From an uncultured Kiritimatiellota bacterium (GTDB taxonomy: Bacteria; Verrucomicrobiota; Kiritimatiellia; RFP12; DVOR01), in contig CALXSE010000002.1 of assembly GCA_944391085.1 (NCBI GenBank), positions 81,929-145,928 on the forward strand: a stretch of 64,000 nucleotides of DNA, written 5' to 3'. The translations under genes were made by a program, and so were the position numbers. Of the stretch, positions 27,072 through 36,897 are shown piece after piece (the first letter of the stretch is position 1; each line of letters begins with the position of its first letter). Under the pieces are notes generated by a model. It was not told the origin of the DNA, did no database searches, and worked only from the letters and a program-made list of their open reading frames with translations.

Positions 27072-28039
27072 GCATAAGTGCCAAGCATCTCCTCGCCCAC
27101 GCCGCACTCGCCCTCCTCCTCGCCCCAGCCTGGGCCGCGGAAGGCCGTGGCCGCTATCAGCCCATCATCGACGCCGAACCCTTCGGCCCCCTGTCCGCGG
27201 CCCCCCTCGGCACGGAGGCCGGGCAGCTCCCCGCCGCCACGCCGGAGGAAATCCGCGAGGAATCCAACAAGATCCAGCTGTGCGCCATGACCGTCACCCC
27301 GGACGGGCGCACAGCCGTCGGGCTCATCGACAACGGCGTCACCCCCCCCGCCTACATCACCCTCTTCGACGGCGACCAGGCCAACGGCCTCGAACTCCTC
27401 CTCTCCGACCTTGACCGGGAGTATGCCACCTTCCGCCGCGACGGCATCACCTTCACCCTCGGCCTCGGCCTCGGCCTGCTCGAGACCATTACCCCGGATC
27501 TTCTCGCCCAACGCGAGGCACAGGCCGCCGAAGAGGAGGCCGCCCAGGCCGAACGCCAACGCAAGGCCGCCAACTCCCTTGCCGAGCAGCTCATCGCCAT
27601 GCAGCTGAGCCTCCCCCCGGACGTCGAGGCCCCCCCGCTCCCCATCCCCACCGGGGACGCCGCCTCCTTCACCCGGAAGTTCGACCCGGACAAAGCACGT
27701 CCCGCGCCGGAGACCGACACCGAGGCCCTCATCCAGGCCGGCGTCGATGAACTCAACGAGGCCGTCGCCGCAGGCGAAAGCCCGCAGGATTACCTCAAAC
27801 GCCTCGTCGAATCCCGCCAGCGCGAAGTCGAACGCCAGCAGGCCGAGAAGCAGGCCGCGCAGGCCGCCCTTGACCAGGAGCTCGCCGTCGGCGGGCTTTC
27901 CGAATCCGCCGCCGACTATCTCCGCCGGCGCACCAACATCGAGCTCATGAAAAAAGGCGTCGTCCCCCTCACCCCCGTCAACGACCTCTCCGACGCCGAG
28001 CGCGCCGAGATCGACGCCGCCCTCCAATCCCTCGATTGA
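27068..28039 (+). CDS. Hypothetical exported protein with coiled-coil segments
   Basis: Signal peptide ending AWA; ATGA overlap with the upstream gene; host codon usage. Confidence 0.75.
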   Translation: MSISAKHLLAHAALALLLAPAWAAEGRGRYQPIIDAEPFGPLSAAPLGTEAGQLPAATPEEIREESNKIQLCAMTVTPDGRTAVGLIDNGVTPPAYITLFDGDQANGLELLLSDLDREYATFRRDGITFTLGLGLGLLETITPDLLAQREAQAAEEEAAQAERQRKAANSLAEQLIAMQLSLPPDVEAPPLPIPTGDAASFTRKFDPDKARPAPETDTEALIQAGVDELNEAVAAGESPQDYLKRLVESRQREVERQQAEKQAAQAALDQELAVGGLSESAADYLRRRTNIELMKKGVVPLTPVNDLSDAERAEIDAALQSLD

Positions 28040-28055
28040 CGCCTCGCCCGCCGCC

Positions 28056-28712
28056 ATGCCCGCCACCCTCCGCCGTATCCCCAAGACCGTTTGGCTCCTG
28101 CTGGCCGTGGGCGCGCTCATCCTTGTTCCCTTCGTCCTCTTCGGCGAGCCCATCGAAGCCTGGTTCAACGCCATCTCGGCCCCGGAAGCCGGCACCCGGC
28201 GCGCCCTGCTGGGCTGGGCCCTCTTCGGCCTGCTTGCCCTCGACGTCCTCCTCCCCATCCCCAGCAGCCTCGCCAGCACCCTCTGCGGCATCGTCTTCGG
28301 CCTCTGGGGCGGCTTCTGGATTTCCTTCGCCGCCATGACCGTCAGCGCCGCGCTGGGGTACGCGCTCGGAGTGCTCTGCGCCGACTGGGCCAGGCGCGCC
28401 ATCGGCGAACGCGAGAACGCGCTCCTCCACGCCTTCCTCCAACGCTACGGCACGCCGGTTCTTATCGCCCTGCGCACCGTCCCCGTCCTTGCCGAGGCCT
28501 CCACCCTCTTCGCCGGCATCGGGCGCCTTTCCCCCTGCCGCGCCGCCTGGCCCCTGCTTCTCGGCAACGCCGTCGTCTCGCTCATCTACGCCTGGGTCGG
28601 GGCCCTCGGGCACTCCGCCGACGCGATGATCCCGGCCTTCCTCGGCTCCCTGGCGCTCTCCGCCCTCCTGCTCCTCGCCGCGCGGCTCCTCCGCCCCCGC
28701 CCCGCCCCCTGA
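28056..28712 (+). CDS. DedA/VTT (SNARE-associated) membrane protein
   Basis: LPIPSS...[18 protein letters not shown]; multiple TM segments. Confidence 0.82.
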   Translation: MPATLRRIPKTVWLLLAVGALILVPFVLFGEPIEAWFNAISAPEAGTRRALLGWALFGLLALDVLLPIPSSLASTLCGIVFGLWGGFWISFAAMTVSAALGYALGVLCADWARRAIGERENALLHAFLQRYGTPVLIALRTVPVLAEASTLFAGIGRLSPCRAAWPLLLGNAVVSLIYAWVGALGHSADAMIPAFLGSLALSALLLLAARLLRPRPAP

Positions 28713-28842
28713 GCCTTCCCCAAAGCAAACGGCCCGGCGCTTCCCGGGCGGGTTCGCCGCGAGAGCCTTCGAGGACGTGCGCGGGGCGCCGGGATGTGCT
28801 ATACTACCAATGCTTTCAACCCACAACAGGGAAGGACTGAAG

Positions 28843-30093
28843 ATGAACAAGAAGACATTGCGTGACGTGGACCTCGCCGGCAAGCGCGTGGTCATGCGCG
28901 TGGATTTCAACGTGCCCATGAAGGACGGCGTGATCAAGGACGACACCCGCATCCAGGGCGCCCTCGGTTCCATCAAGTACGTGCTCGACAACGGCGGCTC
29001 CCTCGTCCTCATGAGCCACCTGGGCCGCCCGAAGGGCAAGGGATACGAGCCCGAGTTCTCGCTCAAGCCCGTGGCCGAGTATCTTGCCAAGTGCCTGGGC
29101 AAGCCCGTCGCCTTCGCGCCAGACTGCCTCAAGGCCGCCGAGCAGGCCGCCGCGCTCAAGCCCGGCGAAGTGCTCATGCTTGAGAACACCCGCTTCTACA
29201 AGGAAGAGACCGCCAAGGTCAAGAAGACCGACGACATGACCGATGAGCAGTACAAGGCCGCCAAGGCCGAGCTCAAGGCCAAGTGCGAGGAAATGGCCAA
29301 GGTGCTCGCCTCCTACGGCGACATTTACTGCAACGACGCCTTCGGCGCCGCCCACCGCGCCCACGCCTCCACCGCCGTCATCGCCAAGTACGCCCCCGTC
29401 GCCGTCTCCGGCTTCCTGCTGGAGAAGGAGATCCAGTACCTTGGCTCCGCGGTCGAGAACCCCGTGCGCCCCTTCGTCGCCATCCTCGGCGGCGCCAAGG
29501 TCTCCGACAAGCTGGCCGTGGTCAAGAACCTGCTCACCAAGGTCGACACGCTCATCATCGGCGGCGGCATGGCCTACACCTTCCTCAAGGCGCAGGGCAA
29601 GCACATCGGCAACTCCCTCTGCGAAGACGACCAGCTGGGATATGCCAACGACATGCTCGCCCTGGCCAAGGAGCGCGGCGTGAAGTTCCTCCTGCCCGTG
29701 GACAACGTCGCGGCCGACAAGTTCGATCCCGAGGCCAACACCCAGATCGTCACCGAGATCCCCGAGGGCTGGATGGGCCTGGACATCGGCCCCGCCTCCG
29801 TCAAGTGCTTCACCGAGGCCCTCCAGGGCGCCAAGACCGTCGTCTGGAACGGCCCCATGGGCTGCTTCGAGATGCCCGCCTTCTCCAAGGGCACCTTCGG
29901 CGTCTGCGAGGCCGTCGCCCAGGTCAAGGCCAACGGCGGCATCTCCATCATCGGCGGCGGTGACTCCGTCAGCGCCGTGAAGAAATCCGGCCTGGCCGAC
30001 AAGATGAGCCACATCTCCACCGGCGGCGGCGCCTCCCTCGAATACCTCGAAGGCAAGGTGCTTCCCGGCGTCGCGGCGCTCTCCGACAAGTAA
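28843..30093 (+). CDS. pgk: Phosphoglycerate kinase
   Basis: [51 protein letters not shown]; -10 TGCTATACT at 28797-28805. Confidence 0.98.
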   Translation: MNKKTLRDVDLAGKRVVMRVDFNVPMKDGVIKDDTRIQGALGSIKYVLDNGGSLVLMSHLGRPKGKGYEPEFSLKPVAEYLAKCLGKPVAFAPDCLKAAEQAAALKPGEVLMLENTRFYKEETAKVKKTDDMTDEQYKAAKAELKAKCEEMAKVLASYGDIYCNDAFGAAHRAHASTAVIAKYAPVAVSGFLLEKEIQYLGSAVENPVRPFVAILGGAKVSDKLAVVKNLLTKVDTLIIGGGMAYTFLKAQGKHIGNSLCEDDQLGYANDMLALAKERGVKFLLPVDNVAADKFDPEANTQIVTEIPEGWMGLDIGPASVKCFTEALQGAKTVVWNGPMGCFEMPAFSKGTFGVCEAVAQVKANGGISIIGGGDSVSAVKKSGLADKMSHISTGGGASLEYLEGKVLPGVAALSDK

Positions 30094-30107
30094 GCGCCAC
30101 CCGCGCA

Positions 30108-30145
30108 AAGACGAAGGCCCCGGCAACCGCCGGGGCCTTCGTCTT
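30108..30145. terminator. Hairpin terminator between convergent pgk and the HTH gene
   Basis: 17-bp perfect inverted repeat aagacgaaggccccggc/gccggggccttcgtctt. Confidence 0.75.
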
Positions 30146-30161
30146 GCCGTTGGCGAACCGC

Positions 30162-31184
30162 TCATTTCCCAAAGTAAGGCGCATCCAACGGGGCGACCGG
30201 GCGCGGCTCGAAAGTCTCGGCGGCAAGGGGCGCCTCCGGCTCGGCCTCCGCAGAGAGGCGGAAGACATAACGGAAGACCAGCACCAAGAGCGTCAGGGCG
30301 ACAAGCGCGCTGGCCACGGCCAACATTTGCAGGATGGCCTGCTTGGAGAGAAGCGGCTCGGAAGCGCCCCCGCCCATGCGCCGGACCTTGGGCAACGTCA
30401 GACGCTTGAAGAGTGCCGCAAGGCCGGAGACGAGGGAGGTCGCGGCCTCCTTGAGCGAGCTCAGCTGAGGGCTGGGCGGGTCGGGCACGGGATGCTGCGG
30501 GCCAAAGATGGCGCGCTCGGTGGCGGACCGCAGCGGCATAGGCCGCGTAAGGGGGGACGAGCCAAGATCCGCAAGGGCCGCACGCCCGGTGACGTTGATG
30601 CGTTTCTTGCGCGAAACGGGAGGCTCCTCGTCCACCTGCCTGGGCGAAGGGGGCGGAGGCGGTTCGGGAAGGTCGTCGCCGGAAAGGGTAAAGGGTGGCT
30701 CGTCGGGCGGCTCAGTGGGCGGGGTGCGCTCGACGGCATCGGCGCGGGTGGGGGCGACGCCGGGGAGCACCTCGGGCTTGGGAACGGCGGTGAAAGTGGC
30801 CTCCGCGGGCTCAACGAGCTTGTGGACGGAAGGGGCGCGCGGCGCGGCGTCCGGGTCAGGCGGAAGCGTCCTGCGGCCGCCGGTATGGATGGGCTCCGGG
30901 GGGCGGGCGGGGAGATCGTGGACGGCGGGGCGGGTGACGGCGGGACGGGTCTTGCCCGCGCAGATGGCGTCGTACTCGTCGAGGAGGGGCTGGGGGTCAA
31001 GCTCAAGGAGGGCGCAATATTGGCGGATGAAGCCGCGGCCATAGACAGGGGCGGGGATGCGCTTGAAGTTCTCGGTCTCGAGGGCCTCGATGACACGGGT
31101 CATAAGGTGGGTGCGCTCGGCGACGTACTGCATGGTCCAGCCGTGCGCGAGGCGCTTTTGCTTGAGAATCTCACCGAGTGCCAT
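30162..31184 (-). CDS. RodZ-like XRE HTH protein with C-terminal TM helix
   Basis: LGEILKQKR...IEALE...PVYGRGFIRQYC; Pro-rich linker; late TM helix; follows ftsK. Confidence 0.8.
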   Translation of the reverse strand: MALGEILKQKRLAHGWTMQYVAERTHLMTRVIEALETENFKRIPAPVYGRGFIRQYCALLELDPQPLLDEYDAICAGKTRPAVTRPAVHDLPARPPEPIHTGGRRTLPPDPDAAPRAPSVHKLVEPAEATFTAVPKPEVLPGVAPTRADAVERTPPTEPPDEPPFTLSGDDLPEPPPPPSPRQVDEEPPVSRKKRINVTGRAALADLGSSPLTRPMPLRSATERAIFGPQHPVPDPPSPQLSSLKEAATSLVSGLAALFKRLTLPKVRRMGGGASEPLLSKQAILQMLAVASALVALTLLVLVFRYVFRLSAEAEPEAPLAAETFEPRPVAPLDAPYFGK

Positions 31185-33903
31185 TTTGGTCCTCGTGGGT
31201 TGGGGGGTGGATGATGTCGGGCATGTCGAGCGACGCGGGGTCGAGGTCGCCAAGGTCGAAATCCTCGGGCTGGCCGTCTGCGGGAACTTCTTCGGCGGCT
31301 TCTGGCGCGGCCTGGTTCTGTTCGGTGCGGGTGTCGAAGGCGGCGGCCTCGCCGTCGGTGCCGGCGAGCGCCTGGCGGGCCATCTCATTGAGGTCGACGA
31401 GGATTTCGCGGGAACCGCCGGCCTTGCCGCCGGGGCCGATGATGCCGCGTTCCTCGAGCAGGTCGGTGATGCGGCCGGCTTTGTTGTAACCGATCTTGAG
31501 ACGACGTTGGAGGGCGGAGGTGGAAAAACGGCCGGTCTGGCGGATGTACTCGAGCGCCTTCTGGTAAAGCCCCTCGTCGGAGGTGTCGTCGATTTCCCCG
31601 AGGTCTACGCCCGCGTCGTCGGCGGCGGGCTCGGGGGCGACGAACTCGGTGATGAGGGAGTGGACGTCGTCGGCGGGTTTGTCTTCTTTGATGCGGTCCA
31701 TGGAGCCGGCCAGCAGATTGTCGAAGGCGGGGCCGGACTGCGCCTTGATGAAGTCGCAGACACGGCTGATCTCGTCGTCGCTGAGCCAGGCGGATTGGGC
31801 GCGGACGATGTTCTCGCCGCCGAATGAGAAAAGCATGTCGCCCTTTCCGATGAGCTTTTCGGCGCCGACGTGGTCAAGGATGGTGCGCGAGTCGTTGGAC
31901 TGCGAGACGCGCAGGGCCAGGCGGGCGGGGATGTTGGCCTTGATGGTGCCGGTGATGATGTCCGTGGTCGGGCGCTGGGTGGCGATGATAAGGTGGATGC
32001 CGGCGGCACGGGCCTTTTGGGTGAGGGAGGTGATGGGCGGCTCGATGTCGGCCTTGACGGTAAGCATGAGCTCGGCGAGCTCGTCGATGACAACGACGAT
32101 GTAGGGCAGCTTGGCGGGCGGGTTGTCACGGCCCTGGATGGGGCGATCCACGCGACGGTTGAGGTCGGCGATGTTACGCACGCCGTATTTTTGCAGGAGC
32201 TTGTAGCGGCGGTTCATCTCCACCACGGCCCACCGCAGGGAGAAGAGCACCTTCTTGGGTTCGACCACGACGGGATTGAGCAGATGCGGCAGGTCGTCGT
32301 ACGCGGTGAACTCCACACGCTTGGGATCCACCATCAGCAGCCGCAGCTGGTCGGGCTTGCGGCACATGAGCAGGCCCACGAGCATGTCGTTGACGGTGAC
32401 GGACTTGCCCGAGCCGGTGCCGCCGGCCACGAGCAGGTGCGGGCTGTCCGCGAGGTCGACGACCAGGTCACCGCCGGTCGCAAGCTTGCCGATGGCCAGC
32501 GGCAGGGCCATCCGGGCCTCGGCCCGACGCCAGACCTCGCCCTCCAGGATCTCGCGCAGGGTAACGGACTGGCGGACGGTGTTGGGCACCTCGATGCCAA
32601 CGACGTCGCGCCCCAGGATCGGCGCCTGGATGCGAATGCTGGCGGCGCGCAAGGCCATGAGCAGGTTGCGCTCGTAAGCCCGGAACTTCTCAAGCTTCAC
32701 CTTCGGGCCGGGCTCAATCTCGTACTGCGTGAGCACGGGGCCGCGGACGTGGTTCACCACGTGCGCGTCGATGCCGAACTGCTGGAAGACGCTCTCCATC
32801 GCGGCGATGGCGGTAGGGATGTCGTCGGCATCGCCCTTGCGCGGCGGCACGGGATCAAGCAAGTCGATGGGCGGCAGATTGTAGGGGTCAAAGGCCGGCG
32901 CGGGCCCCTCATCGTTGTCGTTGGCTGCGGGCATAGGCGCGGTAACGGACTTCTCCGGTGAGACGGGGCGCAAATGGCCGGCGGGCTCGGCGGCCAATGT
33001 GAACGGCTCGGGTTCCGGTGCAGGCACGGGCGCGGCCCGCTCGAAAAGCGGCTCAGGCTCGGACTTCGGGTTGGGCGGGGACCATTCGCTTTGCGGGACG
33101 GGACGGGGCTTGGCCGCGCGAGCCTCGGCGAGCAGGTCGCGGATGTCCGTCTGCCGGACGGCCTCTTCCTCACGCTTCCGGAAGAGGCGCGCGAAGAAAC
33201 CTTCGCCCGAGGCGGGCGTTGGGGCCTCGCGGCGCGGCGGCGGCACGGAGCGCGCCTCCTCGTAGGGGCGCGGCGCCCTGGCGGAGGCCATCCGCACGAA
33301 GAGCAGCACGCAATTGCGCACACCGACGACCAACAGCAACAGGAAAAGCGCCAACGGCCAAAGTAGCAACAGCAACCCAACGTCGCCCAGCCAGCCGCGC
33401 AGATAGCCCGTGACGATCCATTGGCCGACCGCGCCGCCGGCGTTGGGCAGGAGCTTAAGGTCGGCCAAAAGCGGCAAGGCCGCGCCGTCATCGCCGCCGT
33501 AGGCCTGAAACAGGCACGCCACCACCAAATAGAAACACAGGAGCCAAAGCGTGCGCAGGCGGAAGCAGCGTACGCGCCCATGCAGCAGGAAAAGGCCGAA
33601 GACCGTCAGGCAGGGGATGGCGAAGTAACGATAGGCCAGCCCCGCGAAGCCGTAGCCGAAGAACGTCAGCCACGCGCCAAGCAAGCCGATGCGGTTCACG
33701 GGCCGCCCATCCGGCGGAGAGGGGGGATTGCACAGCCAGGAGATGTCATGCCAATCATAGGTGGCCAGCGCGATCAACGCGACGACGACATAGAGGCAAA
33801 CCACCACGCCCAGCGCACGGCGCCGGGAAACGAGCGCTGGCGGCAACGCGGGCGCCTCGGTCTGGCGCTGGGCGGCGGCGTTGGCGGGGGAAGGCTTCGG
33901 CAT
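31171..33903 (-). CDS. ftsK: DNA translocase FtsK/SpoIIIE
   Basis: N-terminal TMs; PHLLVAGGTGSGKS, MVDPKRVE, IDELAELM, ATQRP, LIGKGDML; gamma domain STSALQRRLKIGYNKA. Confidence 0.96.
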   Translation of the reverse strand: MPKPSPANAAAQRQTEAPALPPALVSRRRALGVVVCLYVVVALIALATYDWHDISWLCNPPSPPDGRPVNRIGLLGAWLTFFGYGFAGLAYRYFAIPCLTVFGLFLLHGRVRCFRLRTLWLLCFYLVVACLFQAYGGDDGAALPLLADLKLLPNAGGAVGQWIVTGYLRGWLGDVGLLLLLWPLALFLLLLVVGVRNCVLLFVRMASARAPRPYEEARSVPPPRREAPTPASGEGFFARLFRKREEEAVRQTDIRDLLAEARAAKPRPVPQSEWSPPNPKSEPEPLFERAAPVPAPEPEPFTLAAEPAGHLRPVSPEKSVTAPMPAANDNDEGPAPAFDPYNLPPIDLLDPVPPRKGDADDIPTAIAAMESVFQQFGIDAHVVNHVRGPVLTQYEIEPGPKVKLEKFRAYERNLLMALRAASIRIQAPILGRDVVGIEVPNTVRQSVTLREILEGEVWRRAEARMALPLAIGKLATGGDLVVDLADSPHLLVAGGTGSGKSVTVNDMLVGLLMCRKPDQLRLLMVDPKRVEFTAYDDLPHLLNPVVVEPKKVLFSLRWAVVEMNRRYKLLQKYGVRNIADLNRRVDRPIQGRDNPPAKLPYIVVVIDELAELMLTVKADIEPPITSLTQKARAAGIHLIIATQRPTTDIITGTIKANIPARLALRVSQSNDSRTILDHVGAEKLIGKGDMLFSFGGENIVRAQSAWLSDDEISRVCDFIKAQSGPAFDNLLAGSMDRIKEDKPADDVHSLITEFVAPEPAADDAGVDLGEIDDTSDEGLYQKALEYIRQTGRFSTSALQRRLKIGYNKAGRITDLLEERGIIGPGGKAGGSREILVDLNEMARQALAGTDGEAAAFDTRTEQNQAAPEAAEEVPADGQPEDFDLGDLDPASLDMPDIIHPPTHEDQNGTR

Positions 33904-33906
33904 GGG

Positions 33907-34326
33907 TCACTCGCTTTCGGTGACGAGGGAGAACTTGGCGAGCCCGGCATGGCGGAGGATGCGGATGACCTCCATGATCTTGCCATAGCTTTGCGCCTCG
34001 TCGCCACGGATATGGGCGGCGGCGTTCGGGTCCGCGGCGACGCGGGCGCGGACGCGCTCGGCCAACGTGGACTCGTCCACCGGATCATCGTCCAAAAAGA
34101 CGGCGCCGTCCGCCCGGATGGTCACGGCGATGGGCTCGACGGTCGGGAGCGGGTCGCCAGAGGCGGTGGGCAAACGCACGGCCACGCCGTTCTGCAACGC
34201 GGGGAAGGTGATGATGAAGGCGATCAGAAGCAGGAAGGTCATGTCGAGAATCGGCGTCATGTCGATGTTCCCGTTGAGCTTCCTGCGGGCGCGCGCCCTG
34301 GAACGGTTGAGCCTCCGGCGCAGCAC
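33907..34326 (-). CDS. ExbD/TolR family protein
   Basis: IDMTPILDMTFLLLIAFIIT, IRGD. Confidence 0.9.
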   Translation of the reverse strand: MLRRRLNRSRARARRKLNGNIDMTPILDMTFLLLIAFIITFPALQNGVAVRLPTASGDPLPTVEPIAVTIRADGAVFLDDDPVDESTLAERVRARVAADPNAAAHIRGDEAQSYGKIMEVIRILRHAGLAKFSLVTESE

Positions 34327-34329
34327 CCC

Positions 34330-35061
34330 TCAGCCCTCCGTTGAACGATATTGCAGCGTCAGCTTGCCCATGAGCTCCTCGGCGAAGCCCTCCATCTGGA
34401 CGGTGTAGGCCTCGACCTTGGATTGCAGGACGTTGTAGAAGATGGTGGAGGGGATCGCCACCACCAGCCCCACCACCGTCGTCAGCAAGGCCGACGAGAT
34501 GCCCGGGGCAAGCTCGGCGATGTTGGCGCTGCCGCTGGCGGCCATGGCCTGGAAGGCCAACATGACCCCCCACACCGTGCCGAACAGCCCCAGGAGCGGC
34601 GCGGACGAGGTGATGACCGCGAGCGCCGTCATCCCCCGGCCCAGCCCGACCGTCTCCTCGTCGGTCGCGTGGGCGCAGGTGCTCTCCACCAGCTCCATCC
34701 GCGCGGCGTCAAGGCGCAACGGCGTGCTCGGGTCGCTGCGCAGGAGCACGCGCAGACGTTCGGGGATCAGGTCGGCCAGGCGCGCGCAGGTCTTGACGTA
34801 CACATTCTCCATCGGTGTGTCGGTGAACGGATAGCGGTCGTAGTAAAGCGCCAGCGGGTCGTCCTTCCGCACGAAGTCGTCCACGAAGCGCGCCGAGCGC
34901 CGCACCAGGTCGCGCAGATGGAGCACGCGCCCGGCCATCACCGCCCATGACGCCACGCTCATCCCGATCTGCACCAGCACAATCAGCTGGCCGCAGAGGT
35001 CGGAGTCGAAGAAGGCCTTGATCGGCCCGGTGGTCATCGCCGCCAAGAACAGCCCGTCCAT
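34330..35061 (-). CDS. MotA/TolQ/ExbB proton channel family protein
   Basis: APLLGLFGTVWGVM, APGISSALLTTVVGLVVAIPS; ATG overlaps the argS stop. Confidence 0.92.
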   Translation of the reverse strand: MDGLFLAAMTTGPIKAFFDSDLCGQLIVLVQIGMSVASWAVMAGRVLHLRDLVRRSARFVDDFVRKDDPLALYYDRYPFTDTPMENVYVKTCARLADLIPERLRVLLRSDPSTPLRLDAARMELVESTCAHATDEETVGLGRGMTALAVITSSAPLLGLFGTVWGVMLAFQAMAASGSANIAELAPGISSALLTTVVGLVVAIPSTIFYNVLQSKVEAYTVQMEGFAEELMGKLTLQYRSTEG

Positions 35062-36770
35062 CACAGCCTCTCCGGCGTGGGGATCCCCAGCAGCGCCAAA
35101 CCGCCGCGCAAGACCTTCGAGACCGCATCGCACAGGCGGATGCGCGCATCGCGCACCGCGGGCTCGGCCTTGAGCACAGGCGAGCTCTGGTAGAAGCTGC
35201 TGTACAGCTGGCACAGCTGATACAGGTAATCGGCCAACACGCTGGGCTTGCACAGCTCGCCGGCGCGCGCCACCGCATTCGGATACTGCAAGACATGCAG
35301 GGCCAGCGCCTTCTCCGTGGGCGACCCGACCGTCAGCGGCTGCGCCGCGGGCTCCTTCCCCACCGCCTCGCGATACTTCTGCAGGAGGGAGTTCAGCCGC
35401 GCGTTGGCGTATTGCAGATACGGCCCGCTGTTGCCGTCCAGCGCCAACGCCTTCTCCCACGTGAAGACAATCATCGTGGCGGGGTCATGCGACAGATCCG
35501 CGTACTTGATGGCGCCGATGCCAATGGCCTCCGCGAGCGCGGCCCGCTCCGCCTCCGGCCAATCCGGGTGGCTCTCGTCCACGATTGCGCGCGCACGCGC
35601 CGCCGCCTCGTCCAGCAGCGTCTCCAGCTTGATCACGTTGCCCTGGCGCGTCGAGAACGTCGCGTCCGGCAGGCGCATCAGGCCGAACCAGACGTGCTGC
35701 AGCCGCGCTTTCCCGCACAATCCCAACGCCCCGCAGATGTGGAAGAACTGCTTGAAGTGCAGCTGCTGGCGCTCATCCGTCACGTAGATGATGCGCGCGG
35801 GGTCGAACTCCTCCACGCGGCTGCGCACCGTCGCGATGTCGGTCGTCGTGTAGTTGAAGCCCCCGTCGCGCTTCTGCACGATGGCCACCTCCAACCCCTG
35901 CTCCTTCAGGTCGACGATCCACGCGCCCTCGCTCTGCGTGGCCAACCCTTTTTCCTTGAGCAAGGCCACCGTCGGGCCGAGCATCGGCTGATAGAAACTC
36001 TCTCCCCGCCACAAATCAAACTTCACGCCCAAGCGGTCGTAAATCCGCCCAAACTCCTTCATCGAGATCTCGATGAACCGCTTCCACACCGCCAGGCACG
36101 CCTCATCCCCCGCCTGGAGGCGCACCAACGCCGCCCGGCACTGTTCCAGCCACGCCGGGTCATCCTTCGTGCGCCCATAGCTCTGCACGTAGACCCGCTC
36201 CAGCAGCTCCACCGTCAGGTGCTCCCGCTCCTCGTCCGTCAGGAACGTCCGATACCCCATGATCAGGATGCCGAACTGCGTCCCCCAATCGCCCAAGTGG
36301 TTGTCCGCGATGACCGCATATCCCAACGCCCGCAAGATCCGGTCGATGGCGTTCCCGATCACCGTGCTCCGGATATGCCCGATGTGCATCGGCTTGGCCA
36401 CGTTCGGCGAGGAATAGTCAATCACCACCCGTTCCCCGGCCCCAACCTGCGCCACCCCCAGCCGCGCGTCTGCGGCCAAAGCCTCCACCCCCGCCGCCAC
36501 GGCCTTCCCCGAAAGCGTCAGGTTGATGAAGCCCGGCCCCGCCACCTCCGCCTTCTCCAGGATATCCGGCAACGGCAACGCCCCCACCACCGCCTGCGCC
36601 AGCTCCCGCGGGTTCTTTCCCGCCCGCTTCGCCACCCCCATCGCGTCATTGCACTGCCAATCCCCGAACCGCGCGTCCTTTGAAGGCACCACCTTGCCGG
36701 CGCCGCACCCCGGCGCCACCGTCTCGAACGCCGCCGCCAGCCACTGCCGCGCGATTTCTTCGCAATCCAT
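35061..36770 (-). CDS. argS: Arginine--tRNA ligase
   Basis: GPGFIN, DYSSPNVAKPMHIGHIRS, NHLGDWGTQFG, GNSGPYLQYA; SD AAGGAG; -10 TGGTACAAT at 36808-36816. Confidence 0.97.
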   Translation of the reverse strand: MDCEEIARQWLAAAFETVAPGCGAGKVVPSKDARFGDWQCNDAMGVAKRAGKNPRELAQAVVGALPLPDILEKAEVAGPGFINLTLSGKAVAAGVEALAADARLGVAQVGAGERVVIDYSSPNVAKPMHIGHIRSTVIGNAIDRILRALGYAVIADNHLGDWGTQFGILIMGYRTFLTDEEREHLTVELLERVYVQSYGRTKDDPAWLEQCRAALVRLQAGDEACLAVWKRFIEISMKEFGRIYDRLGVKFDLWRGESFYQPMLGPTVALLKEKGLATQSEGAWIVDLKEQGLEVAIVQKRDGGFNYTTTDIATVRSRVEEFDPARIIYVTDERQQLHFKQFFHICGALGLCGKARLQHVWFGLMRLPDATFSTRQGNVIKLETLLDEAAARARAIVDESHPDWPEAERAALAEAIGIGAIKYADLSHDPATMIVFTWEKALALDGNSGPYLQYANARLNSLLQKYREAVGKEPAAQPLTVGSPTEKALALHVLQYPNAVARAGELCKPSVLADYLYQLCQLYSSFYQSSPVLKAEPAVRDARIRLCDAVSKVLRGGLALLGIPTPERL

Positions 36771-36897
36771 CGGAAGACTCCTTGCTCTAGCTCCAAACTG
36801 CCCCAAAATTGTACCACAATCTCCCCCACCCCGCGCCAAAGCGTTTGAAGCAGGGAGGCCCGCCATGGGGCGAAGCTGGAAAGCCCCTGGCGAGGCG

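Noticed and set aside
29215-29290. Lys-rich insertion in PGK ([23 protein letters not shown])
   Set aside because: Similar insertions at this position occur in other anaerobe PGKs; not considered novel.
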